38,400 nucleotides of DNA, from positions 1 to 38,400 of the forward strand of contig RFTO01000001.1 in the NCBI GenBank assembly GCA_009923375.1. Direction: 5' to 3'. Positions within the stretch are counted from its first letter, which is position 1. The number at the start of each line of letters is the position of its first letter. Below the pieces are notes generated by a model. The model ran no database searches and was not told the origin of the DNA. It saw nothing but the letters and a program-made list of their open reading frames with translations. This stretch comes from Actinomycetota bacterium (GTDB lineage: Bacteria > Actinomycetota > Actinomycetes > S36-B12 > UBA5976). Below, piece by piece: positions 27,801 to 35,807 of this stretch. The translations under genes and the position numbers were made by a program.

Positions 27801-28226
27801 CTGGGCACAGCGACAATGGAATCCGATATCTTCGCTGTTCCAGCAACCACAGAGGCGATCGCCACAGTGACAGGTGCTACTCCGAAGAATGTGGGAGCAC
27901 CTGAAATTAAGGCGGCGTGGAACAACAACGTTGTCTTGGGTCGACCACTTGAGGTGTCGGCGACAGGGACATGGACCAACGCAGCTGGCTTGCGGGTCAC
28001 CTGGGAATGGCAGTACCGAGCTTCTGGGGATGCTGGTTGGGACACGAGTGATTACTACGTAGACGAGCAGAGCGTGACATACCCGAATTCATGGGGTGCC
28101 ACCACGTTTGCGGGCGACTACCGAGTGGTCGAGTTCCTCGTTGATGCCGATGGAAACACGGTATTCGACGGGAACGGAAGCCGTGTTGAGGGTTACTCCA
28201 ACGTGATTCACGTGGATGCACCCTGA
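24876..28226 (+). CDS. Large secreted multi-domain (Ig/cadherin-like beta-sandwich) surface protein
   Basis: GTG 24876, 8 nt after GGGAG. Signal peptide ...ITVAGIGMSAAVTPAAAA/DLP. Two N-terminal modules show the cadherin-like beta-sandwich pattern (DATLSNLSF...ITVTAADGVSMFVYKVTV; ALKNISSKGYKLSPKF...YTVAILV). C-terminal repeats are of the Y.W.R...W..I......Y.V...D.G..LR..VT..N type. No LPXTG motif and no C-terminal TM. Confidence 0.8.
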   Translation: MRFMKPTVTASTFATRRSATTLRARVASFLAAVITVAGIGMSAAVTPAAAADLPSSDATLSNLSFTADGKPQGFFPAFTPTWTEFSVSLRAEQLAFGCSFTKSDAGATAVVAPACSSVVFRKNVYETKLVTITVTAADGVSMFVYKVTVVHSLPISSKVALKNISSKGYKLSPKFDGKKSLFYMITTKPRASRVTIGASASGATKATTLNPKSWSTNGLNIVTIQTKNGKLSGAYTVAILVPAYPTATQSNIQDFNGGFSVDVSTANGTVDMRKTTAVLTPMQKAACYDPGQPSLATTKSGAITTIYVTNVGPGCAVSLKTTILPGLNFLPIAPLVTNRTVLNQIDWSATSPVGTLDGFTADFSVLNAEVTCTVAGSTKNYCTFSRNADENARRDGQLKLTGQALDTNQTVTVKFTPDAATSPKAPITVTARTLKDVAHLDLTSTTVQPSGFSVGATLKPGTLVTARIQLAGASATSTTCISKSLPRLREAGSDTAAATLDLASTTTDKVTTVYAVGVYTDCLAQITMNVTGNTGYATPATAAEQQKTAIGTGGEAVASLSRSIQRTADGFIVTYSTFGGTIPCPTLTDLSRAGRISVACSGGTITVSGALPGETVSLDVVFNTAAGFKAPVGALSFTGQANFGVATLKAGADSVSKLGEGFRFNVAGVHCTPTVEISDYNTTSTPTVSLKNGIATVVGMKFDPTNPGADRVATVLVGCTPDTGYDAPDPVSVTGMTAAFNGVYNIAPPTLTVDCLTVTCPTFTTVPGTMTLHTSIVDWVFPPTSKIDFQYSWERSIKTDPAQVCTSFVTIPGETTDFYMSLPAASDTCVRAWVTPILTDQNGNILKGDPVATNNVPVEVKPSYQRINGLPHVSAPDGAATFGTPVTSTIGYWNGLAGATATYKWQRCDVTGAASLEEAQTTKPDQPQPSILTNCSSHWTDIDPKTHPTATSQTMYVSEDQIGTNLRAVVTVTNALGTATMESDIFAVPATTEAIATVTGATPKNVGAPEIKAAWNNNVVLGRPLEVSATGTWTNAAGLRVTWEWQYRASGDAGWDTSDYYVDEQSVTYPNSWGATTFAGDYRVVEFLVDADGNTVFDGNGSRVEGYSNVIHVDAP

Positions 28227-28237
28227 TCTGTTAGTCC

Positions 28238-29227
28238 GTGATTGACCCAAGTGAAGGCGTTCGGCGTGCTCTGAATGAGTACACCGGACGCCTTCCTGGC
28301 GTTCCATTGCTGATTGGCTGCTCCGGTGGTCCAGATTCGCTCGCACTTGTCCACTTGGCCCTGCAAGCGCGTGACGAAGCGGCGCTTGCTCCAATACACG
28401 TGGGGGTCGTCGATCATCAATTGCAGCCAGGTTCCGCGCAGGTTGCTCAACGGGCAATTGAAGCAGCAAAGTCCCTGGGTGCCGATGAGTGTCACCTCTT
28501 GACCGTGACAGTGGATATTCACGGGCAAGGGATTGAAGCGGCAGCACGGTCGGCGCGACGTGAGGCGTTGGCCGAATGTGCAAGGAGAATCGGAGCCTTT
28601 GAAGTGTGGCTTGGCCACACACTTGATGACCAAGCAGAAACCGTCTTACTCGGACTGGCGCGAGGGTCGGGGGCGAGGTCGCTGGCAGGAATGCCGGATA
28701 ACGATGGGATGTGGGCTCGCCCCTTGCTGCGCAGCCGCCGCACGGATGTCCATGCATGTTTACCCGCGGATACAGCGGCCTGGGCCGATCCGCATAACGA
28801 GGATCCTCGGTTCCTGCGACCGCGCGTCCGACATGACCTCATGCCAGTGCTGGAAGCTGTCCTGGGCGAGCGAGCCGTTGAAGGGTTAGCCCGAACGGCG
28901 GACTTGCTGCGTGCCGATGACATCGCCCTTCGAAGAATGGCGGCGACGTTTGCAGGTGAGGTTCTGATTGAGGCCACTGACAACCAGGTTGTTTTCGATC
29001 GATCGAGTTTGCGTGGCGGTCCCTCGGCTCTTCGGCAGCGCGTCTTGCGCGAGGCGCTGGTTCGGCTGGGTAGTCCCGCATCAGAGTTGACGTCGAGGCA
29101 TTACGCCCGAATTGATGCGGCACTTGGTGGCCGAGGAACTGTGGGTCCGTTAGCGATGCCAGGCGCCGTCGAGGTCCTCGCTGAATCCGACCGACTCACT
29201 GTTCGCAAGCAGCACGGCCACTCCTAG
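28238..29227 (+). CDS. tilS: tRNA(Ile)-lysidine synthase
   Basis: GTG 28238. PP-loop LIGCSGGPDSLAL. Confidence 0.88.
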   Translation: MIDPSEGVRRALNEYTGRLPGVPLLIGCSGGPDSLALVHLALQARDEAALAPIHVGVVDHQLQPGSAQVAQRAIEAAKSLGADECHLLTVTVDIHGQGIEAAARSARREALAECARRIGAFEVWLGHTLDDQAETVLLGLARGSGARSLAGMPDNDGMWARPLLRSRRTDVHACLPADTAAWADPHNEDPRFLRPRVRHDLMPVLEAVLGERAVEGLARTADLLRADDIALRRMAATFAGEVLIEATDNQVVFDRSSLRGGPSALRQRVLREALVRLGSPASELTSRHYARIDAALGGRGTVGPLAMPGAVEVLAESDRLTVRKQHGHS

Positions 29228-29300
29228 GCTTCGTCACATCACAGCGGATGCCGCTAGGTGAGTTCCCAGAGTTGGCTGGACGGACAGAGGTGGAGCAGGC

Positions 29301-29858
29301 ATGGATCACGAGGAAATCGCTGAGGATCTCGGCAGCATCGTCGTCACACAGGAGCAAATCTCCGTGCGAATCCGAGAACTCGCGGCCCACGTACACGAGG
29401 ATTACAAAGATCAAGACTTGCTGCTCGTCGGCGTGCTCAAAGGTGCTGTGATGCTGATGGCAGACCTTTCCCGTGCTCTGCCGCGCCTGGTTGAGATGGA
29501 CTGGATGGCGGTGTCCTCTTACGGCTACGGCACCCGCTCAAGCGGCGTCGTTCGCATTCTTAAAGATCTCGACGGTGACCTCAATGGCCGCAATGTTCTC
29601 GTTGTGGAGGACATCTTGGACTCCGGGCTGACTCTGTCCTGGCTGGTGCAGAACCTGCGCAGCCGTGGGGCAGCTTCGGTGGAGGTGCTCTGCTTGCTGC
29701 GCAAGCCATCAGCGGTGAAGGTCGATGTGCCGGTGAAATATCTCGGCTTCGACATTCCCGATGAGTTCGTGGTCGGTTTCGGTTTGGATTACGCGGAGCA
29801 GTACCGAAACCTGACCTGTGTGGCCGCATTGGCACCGCATGTGTACGAGCAGGCGTAG
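29301..29858 (+). CDS. hpt: Hypoxanthine-guanine phosphoribosyltransferase
   Basis: PRPP-binding motif VLVVEDILDSGLT. Lies in the conserved tilS-hpt-ftsH order. Confidence 0.9.
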   Translation: MDHEEIAEDLGSIVVTQEQISVRIRELAAHVHEDYKDQDLLLVGVLKGAVMLMADLSRALPRLVEMDWMAVSSYGYGTRSSGVVRILKDLDGDLNGRNVLVVEDILDSGLTLSWLVQNLRSRGAASVEVLCLLRKPSAVKVDVPVKYLGFDIPDEFVVGFGLDYAEQYRNLTCVAALAPHVYEQA

Positions 29859-29996
29859 CCCGGGGGCACACACTGGGTTCGGCACTCGCTGAGCGCACAT
29901 ATCCATGTCAGGCATACGCTTGCCAGCGGTGCTCCACACGGGGGCGACGCGTTCAACTGACGAAGGGAGTCGGGTCCCACGGGACCTGGGTGACGG

Positions 29997-31913
29997 GTGA
30001 AGAGACTGTTTCGCGGTCCACTGAGTTGGATCATCTTGATTGTGCTAGCTGTCGTTGTGGTCACGAATGTGCTCTCGGGTATGGGTGGTCCCACGAATGT
30101 GGAGACTCACCAGGCCTATAAGTCCATCACACAGCTGCACCCCGGAACGAAGGCGCATGTCCTCATCGTCGACGGCGACCAGTCGTTGGTCGTAACCAAG
30201 GATGATGGATCTCAAATCGCCACGCAATTCAATGAAGGCCAACAGGCCACAATCATCGACCTTGCACGCAAGCAGGGTCTTGCCTGGAATTCAACCCGCC
30301 CGCACACGAGCATCTGGATGTCAATCCTGATTTCGATGCTGCCGATCGTGTTCATGCTTTTGCTTTTGTTCTTCTTCATCAATCAGTCGCAAGGTGGCGG
30401 CAGCAAGATTATGAACTTCGGTAAGGCGCGCACTAAAGCCGTCTCGAAGGACATGCCGAAGACCACCTTCGCAGATGTTGCGGGGGTGGAGGAGGCGGTT
30501 GAGGAGCTGCAGGAAATCAAGGACTTCCTTGCCGACCCGGCCAAGTTCACCAAAGTTGGCGCCAGGATCCCTAAGGGTGTACTGCTTTACGGCCCGCCGG
30601 GAACTGGAAAGACCTTGCTCGCCCGCGCGGTGGCCGGCGAAGCGGGTGTTCCGTTCTTCTCAATCTCTGGATCTGATTTCGTGGAGATGTTCGTAGGTGT
30701 TGGTGCAAGCCGAGTTCGTGACCTCTTCGAGCAGGCTAAGGCGGCCGCCCCGGCCATCATTTTCGTGGATGAAATTGATGCAGTTGGACGCCACCGTGGT
30801 GCCGGGCTCGGCGGTGGGCACGACGAGCGCGAGCAGACACTTAACCAGTTGTTGGTTGAGATGGACGGCTTTGATGTTAGCGGCGGGGTCATTCTGATCG
30901 CTGCGACGAACCGCCCCGACATCCTTGACCCAGCGCTGCTGCGCCCTGGCCGTTTCGATCGACAGATTTCAGTGGATGCACCCAACCTCGACGGCCGCGA
31001 GGCCATCCTGAAAGTGCATGCCTCGGGCAAACCTTTCTCCGAAGATGTCGATCTTCGGGCGGTCGCTCGCCGGACGCCAGGTTTCACTGGAGCCGATCTT
31101 GCGAACGTGCTCAACGAGGCGGCGCTACTCACGGCTCGCATGAGCGCATCGCAGATTACGAATGAAATTCTCGATGAGTCCATCGATCGCGTGATTGCCG
31201 GACCACAGAAGCGGACTCGCGTTATGGATGATCACGAGAAGCTCATCACGGCCTATCACGAAGGTGGGCACGCTCTCGTGGCCGCAGCCTTGCCGAACAC
31301 TGACCCAGTGCACAAGATCACCATCTTGCCGCGCGGTCGCGCACTCGGCTACACCATGGTGCTGCCTGAGGATGACAAACACTCCACCACCCGAGCGCAG
31401 ATGCTGGACCAGCTGGCATACATGCTTGGCGGCCGCGCAGCCGAGGAATTGATCTTCCACGACCCCACCACGGGCGCCAGCAACGACATTGAGAAAGCCA
31501 CATCTGTGGCGCGGGCGATGGTTACTCAATTCGGTATGACAGAGCGACTTGGCGCAATCAAATACGGGCAGTCATCGGGCGAGGTGTTCCTCGGCCGCGA
31601 TATGGGCCACCAGCGCGATTACTCAGAGGAAGTCGCAGCAGCCATCGATGAGGAAATCCGCACACTGATCGACAATGCTCACCACGAGGCGTATGAAGTG
31701 CTGGCAGATAATCGCACCGTCCTTGATGCGTTAGTGGTGGAGTTGCTGGAGCGGGAAACATTGGACAAAGAGGAGGTGGCGCGAATCTTCGAACCATTAG
31801 TTCGTCGCGCCGCCCGCCCAGCCTGGACGGGCTCAACGCGTCGTGTGCCGAGTGATGCACCACCAGTGCAGGTCCCCGCTCGGTCGATTCCGTCGATGGA
31901 TCCTCCCGCGTAG
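29997..31913 (+). CDS. ftsH: ATP-dependent zinc metalloprotease FtsH
   Basis: Two TM segments, Walker A GPPGTGKT, Walker [31 protein letters not shown], and zinc site HEGGHA. The GTG 29997 start is tentative. Confidence 0.93.
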   Translation: MKRLFRGPLSWIILIVLAVVVVTNVLSGMGGPTNVETHQAYKSITQLHPGTKAHVLIVDGDQSLVVTKDDGSQIATQFNEGQQATIIDLARKQGLAWNSTRPHTSIWMSILISMLPIVFMLLLLFFFINQSQGGGSKIMNFGKARTKAVSKDMPKTTFADVAGVEEAVEELQEIKDFLADPAKFTKVGARIPKGVLLYGPPGTGKTLLARAVAGEAGVPFFSISGSDFVEMFVGVGASRVRDLFEQAKAAAPAIIFVDEIDAVGRHRGAGLGGGHDEREQTLNQLLVEMDGFDVSGGVILIAATNRPDILDPALLRPGRFDRQISVDAPNLDGREAILKVHASGKPFSEDVDLRAVARRTPGFTGADLANVLNEAALLTARMSASQITNEILDESIDRVIAGPQKRTRVMDDHEKLITAYHEGGHALVAAALPNTDPVHKITILPRGRALGYTMVLPEDDKHSTTRAQMLDQLAYMLGGRAAEELIFHDPTTGASNDIEKATSVARAMVTQFGMTERLGAIKYGQSSGEVFLGRDMGHQRDYSEEVAAAIDEEIRTLIDNAHHEAYEVLADNRTVLDALVVELLERETLDKEEVARIFEPLVRRAARPAWTGSTRRVPSDAPPVQVPARSIPSMDPPA

Positions 31914-31922
31914 GGCTAGGGC

Positions 31923-32561
31923 ATGTCATCACACTCCGCCGATAAATCTGGTGGCGAGCTGGGCATCGATCCAGTCACCGCATCAGTTGCTGCCGTAGGT
32001 GAGTTCGACGAAAGTGGCGCAGCGGCCGCCGTACGCGCGTTGCTCATCGCAATTGGCGAAGATCCAGAGCGAGACGGGCTGCTCAACACACCAGCGCGAG
32101 TTGCGCGCGCCTATCGGGAGCTAACAGAGGGACTTCGCGCCAACGAAGCCGATGTTCTAGGCACCACTTTCGACCTTGGGCATCAGGAGATGGTGCTTGT
32201 CCGTGACATCACGGTTCAGTCACTGTGTGAACACCATCTGATGCCCTTTCATGGCGTTGCCCATATCGGTTACATCCCCGGTAACGACGGCCGAATCACC
32301 GGATTGTCGAAACTGGCCCGTTTGGTTGATGTGTATGCCCGTCGACTCCAGGTACAAGAACGCATGACCACTCAGATTGCGGACGCCTTGATGTCCGTCC
32401 TTGGTGCGCTCGGATGCATCGTCGTTATCGAATGCGAGCACATGTGTATGTCCATGCGAGGTGTTCGCAAGCCAGCGTCACGGACCACGACCTCGGCTGT
32501 GCGCGGAGTGCTCAGGGATCCGGCCACGCGCGCCGAAGCCATGTCCCTCATCGTGAGGTAA
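31923..32561 (+). CDS. folE: GTP cyclohydrolase I
   Basis: [10 protein letters not shown] and the CMSMRGV region. Confidence 0.92.
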   Translation: MSSHSADKSGGELGIDPVTASVAAVGEFDESGAAAAVRALLIAIGEDPERDGLLNTPARVARAYRELTEGLRANEADVLGTTFDLGHQEMVLVRDITVQSLCEHHLMPFHGVAHIGYIPGNDGRITGLSKLARLVDVYARRLQVQERMTTQIADALMSVLGALGCIVVIECEHMCMSMRGVRKPASRTTTSAVRGVLRDPATRAEAMSLIVR

Positions 32562-32563
32562 CG

Positions 32564-33388
32564 ATGTCTCCGCTGGTGATGGGTATCCTCAACGTGACCC
32601 CGGACTCTTTTGCCGAGTCCATTCCTTTGGTGGTAGACGCCGCGGTGGATGTCAATGCGGCAGTTACTCGCGCCCTGATGGTTGTGGCCGACGGCGCCCA
32701 CATCGTCGATGTCGGTGGCGAGTCGACACGTCCCGGCGCTGAGCCCGTCTCGGAGGAAATCGAGCAGGCGCGAGTGTTGCCAGTGATCGAGGAACTCGCC
32801 AAACATAAGTTAGACATCAGCATCGATACACACCACTCGGCGACTGCAGCGGCGGCCATCTCGGCGGGCGCGAGCATCGTCAACGACGTCAGTTGCGGAG
32901 CAGACCCAGACATGTTCGCGCTCGTCGCAAAGCATGATGTTCGATACGTGCTCATGCACAATCGCGGCACGAGCGCGGATATGTACTCCCAGGCGGTATA
33001 CCGAAATATCGGCGCTGATGTCGCGGCTGAACTTGAGGATCGAGTGTCCAAGGCATTATCGGCTGGAGTCCGTCGAGAGCAGATCATCGTGGATCCCGGT
33101 ATCGGGTTTGCAAAGACCCGAGAGCAGAACTGGGAGCTACTGCGCAATCTGGGCAGCGTGATCGCGCTGGGGCTGCCTGTGCTGCTCGGTGTGAGCCGTA
33201 AGCGATTTTTGGGTGAACTCCTAGGCGCCGAAGGTAGCGCGCGAGGCGTCGAGGGTCGAGACGTGGCAACCGCTGCTTTCAGTATGTGGGCGGCGCAACT
33301 GGGCCTGTGGGGGGTGCGGGTGCATGATGTCCGCAGCACTGTGGACGTCCTCGCCGTGGCAGCCGCATTGGAGGTGGAGTGTGGATAG
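32564..33388 (+). CDS. folP: Dihydropteroate synthase
   Basis: ATG 32564 after GAGG. MGILNVTPDSF, DVGGESTRPG and GVSRKRF motifs. The ORF-track start at 32414 overlaps folE and is rejected. Confidence 0.9.
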   Translation: MSPLVMGILNVTPDSFAESIPLVVDAAVDVNAAVTRALMVVADGAHIVDVGGESTRPGAEPVSEEIEQARVLPVIEELAKHKLDISIDTHHSATAAAAISAGASIVNDVSCGADPDMFALVAKHDVRYVLMHNRGTSADMYSQAVYRNIGADVAAELEDRVSKALSAGVRREQIIVDPGIGFAKTREQNWELLRNLGSVIALGLPVLLGVSRKRFLGELLGAEGSARGVEGRDVATAAFSMWAAQLGLWGVRVHDVRSTVDVLAVAAALEVECG

Positions 33389-33809
33389 CAAAGCTGGAAG
33401 TGGTGCATGTTGCCAGCCATCAGACTGTGGCGGCGGTGCGATCGTTTCTCTGCAAGGAATTCGCGGGATGGGTTACCACGGAGTTTTCGAGCACGAGCGC
33501 CGCAACGGCCAGGAGTTCGTGGTCGACGTGCGCATGCACCTGCAGCCTGGCGTGCTCGAGGCGGCAGCAGCCACTGATCGGATTGCCGATGCTGTGGACT
33601 ACTCCCACGTGGCTACCCAAGTCCTAGCAGCCATCACCGGTGAACCATTGAATCTCATTGAGACACTTGCGGACCGAATTGCGACGTCAGTGCTCGCTGA
33701 CCCCCGCATCTCGTGTGTGGATATAACCGTCCACAAACCGCAGGCGCCGTTGGCCATGGTGTTCACGGACGTCACCGTCAGCGTCTGTCGCCATCAGGAA
33801 CACAGATGA
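33381..33809 (+). CDS. folB: Dihydroneopterin aldolase
   Basis: Conserved core LQGIRGMGYHGVFEHERRNGQEFVVDV. Start chosen as GTG 33381, 6 nt after GGAGG and overlapping folP by 8 nt. The start is uncertain. Confidence 0.8.
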   Translation: MDSKAGSGACCQPSDCGGGAIVSLQGIRGMGYHGVFEHERRNGQEFVVDVRMHLQPGVLEAAAATDRIADAVDYSHVATQVLAAITGEPLNLIETLADRIATSVLADPRISCVDITVHKPQAPLAMVFTDVTVSVCRHQEHR

Positions 33810-34285
33810 GCCGCCGCGTGTGGTTTTCGCTCGGCTCCAACCTTGGCAATCGCAGTGAGCACTTGCAACTGGCCGTTAATGAGTTGAGTGCGCTTGGGAA
33901 TGTGCGTGTGAGCAGCGTCTACCAGACCGCACCAGTTGGCGGACCAAAGCAACCTGACTACTTAAATGCGGTTGTGGAAGTGACCACGGCAGCATCGCCG
34001 CGAGAACTCCTTCAAGCGTGTGGAGCGATCGAAATCGCGGCCCTGCGGGAGCGACTTGAACGCTGGGGTGCACGCACGTTAGATGTCGACATCATCGCTA
34101 TAGACGGCGAGAGTTGCAATGAACCAGATCTGCAGGTGCCGCACCTGCGTGCGCAGGACCGCGAGTTCGTCATGGTGCCATTGGCTGAGTTGGTGGAGTT
34201 AGCAAGTATCGGCTTCATTGAAGTTACCAGGACTGATGATGTGAGGCTCACGGATGTGTTGTTGAGCGTTGGTGCTGCACGGTGA
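33806..34285 (+). CDS. folK: 2-amino-4-hydroxy-6-hydroxymethyldihydropteridine pyrophosphokinase
   Basis: ATGA overlap with folB. VWFSLGSNLGNR..., YQTAPVGGP.QPDYLN and RTLDVDI motifs. Confidence 0.9.
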   Translation: MSRRVWFSLGSNLGNRSEHLQLAVNELSALGNVRVSSVYQTAPVGGPKQPDYLNAVVEVTTAASPRELLQACGAIEIAALRERLERWGARTLDVDIIAIDGESCNEPDLQVPHLRAQDREFVMVPLAELVELASIGFIEVTRTDDVRLTDVLLSVGAAR

Positions 34286-34776
34286 AGCCGACGAGCCTAA
34301 GAGTGATCACCTCCCTAGCGATTGCCGCCGGCGGGCTCGGCTGGTCGCTTGCGCAACTCATCTACTCGTGGCGTTCTCGAATGGTTGTTATCGGCTGGGG
34401 CCCGTCCATCGCCGTCGGGATGCTCACCGCGGCCATCGCTATTTGGGTGCTCTTGGCTCGACCGAGATTGAAGCGCCTGAAAGGAGCGCTACCGCTACCA
34501 CCGCTGGTGGCAGCTCGCACTGCCGCATTGGCGTTGGCATGCTCACGCACCGGCGCCGTTTGCGCGGGTGCATATGCTGGCATCTTTTTTAGTGCCTCTT
34601 TACATCTACCCGCTGCAACTTCGCGCAAGGATATGTGGACGTGTGGTGTGGTGGTGATCATCAGCGTCGTGCTTGTTGTGCTTGCGTTATGGCTGGAGTC
34701 CTTATGCCGAGTCAAGCGTGGCGGCGATGATGATGATCGTGGCAGCAAGTCACCGATTGCACCAGCCGGCGCCTGA
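34282..34776 (+). CDS. DUF3180-family membrane protein (Rv3605c-like)
   Basis: GTGA overlap with folK. Four predicted TM helices. Conserved position after folK in actinobacteria. Confidence 0.75.
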   Translation: MKPTSLRVITSLAIAAGGLGWSLAQLIYSWRSRMVVIGWGPSIAVGMLTAAIAIWVLLARPRLKRLKGALPLPPLVAARTAALALACSRTGAVCAGAYAGIFFSASLHLPAATSRKDMWTCGVVVIISVVLVVLALWLESLCRVKRGGDDDDRGSKSPIAPAGA

Positions 34777-34893
34777 CCCTTTTTGACTAATTACCTCTCT
34801 TGCGACACCTGAGTTGCACGCATCCCCTTATCTTCACGACGGCTCCACAAGTGAGCCGCGCACCTGGTGCGTAATTCAAACGAGGGGAAACAC

Positions 34894-35496
34894 ATGCACA
34901 AGAACGGCACACCTCCCAAGAAACTCTGGCTGCGCAGCGCAATTGCAGTCGGCGTCACTTTTGTGGGCCTAGGCGCCCTGGCGTCATCCGCACTTTGTAC
35001 CGACGCCGGGACTGTGAGCAGCAACGCGTTCACGGATGGCACGGTTGTGCTCGGGTTGACCCCGGTCACCACCGCTCTCACTGCTACAAACATGGCTCCC
35101 GGCGACACTAGCTACGGGACAATCAAGGTGACCAACAACGGCACGTTGCCAATGCGTTACGCCGCAACGTCGGTTGCCACGAACGCTGATGCCAAGGGTC
35201 TTGCAGCACAAGCGCAGATGACGATCAACGTCGGCGCTACCACGTGTGATGCAGCTGGTTTCGCCAGCGGCACCTCGGTGCACTCTGCAGGTCCGTTGGG
35301 CACCACTCCGGCTTCTATGGCTGTCTTCGGCGATCCGGCAACGGGTTTGCAGACAGGTGGCCGCGCTCTAGCTGCTGGCGCTAATGAGACCTTGTGCGTG
35401 AGGGTTGCGTTGCCACTGTCAACTGGTAACGCCTTCCAGGCTGCCACCACGACGGCGACATTCTCCTTCTCGGCCGAGCAGACGACGATCAACTAG
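34894..35496 (+). CDS. TasA/camelysin-like secreted protein with SipW-dependent-type signal peptide
   Basis: ATG 34894, 6 nt after GAGGGG. Signal region KKLWLRSAIAVGVTFVGLGALASSA followed by ..SSNAFTDGTVVLG (compare the xNxFTAGTL motif). Later NMAPGDTSYGTIKVTNNGTLPMRY and C-terminal ALPLSTGNAFQAATTTATFSFSAEQT, the pattern of TasA/CalY-family proteins. Confidence 0.75.
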   Translation: MHKNGTPPKKLWLRSAIAVGVTFVGLGALASSALCTDAGTVSSNAFTDGTVVLGLTPVTTALTATNMAPGDTSYGTIKVTNNGTLPMRYAATSVATNADAKGLAAQAQMTINVGATTCDAAGFASGTSVHSAGPLGTTPASMAVFGDPATGLQTGGRALAAGANETLCVRVALPLSTGNAFQAATTTATFSFSAEQTTIN

Positions 35497-35807
35497 TGGA
35501 TAACGGCATCGTGACAGGAAAACTCAGCGATGCCGATGGTGTGCTGCAACCACGATCGCCTCGTGCGGGTCGATGGTTGCAGCGCACCACCACCACTGTG
35601 CTCTGGATGCTCCTCGCGGGAGCCGTTTACTCGGCATCCGTGCCGGTGTGGTTTCGCATCCACAGCTGGCAAGTCGTCACCCTCGTCAGCGGCTCCATGG
35701 CGCCTACGTATCCGACGGGCACGGACTTGATCATGGCAAAGGTCGCGGATCCAACGAGCATGCAGGCAGACGACTGCTGGCGGCAGCGCTGGCAGCGGCA
35801 GCCGTGA
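35496..35807 (+). pseudogene. SipW/archaeal-type signal peptidase I, truncated after the Ser box
   Basis: GTG 35496 overlaps the upstream stop. TM LWMLLAGAVYSASVPVWF, then VSGSMAPTYPTGTDLIMAKV (catalytic Ser box). After ...DPTSMQ the frame reads ADDCWRQRWQRQP and stops. The His box and C-terminal TM are absent from every frame. Confidence 0.7.

Noticed and set aside
29859-29996. 138-bp spacer upstream of ftsH, including the GGTCCCACGGGACC palindrome, as a riboswitch or regulatory RNA
   Set aside because: There is no recognisable riboswitch core. The palindrome's 2-nt centre is too small for a hairpin loop. Nothing beyond a possible protein-binding dyad can be argued from sequence alone.
34791-35108. 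105-aa minus-strand ORF overlapping the start of the TasA-like gene
   Set aside because: It is antisense to a gene with a strong SD and a clear family pattern, and it has no motifs of its own.
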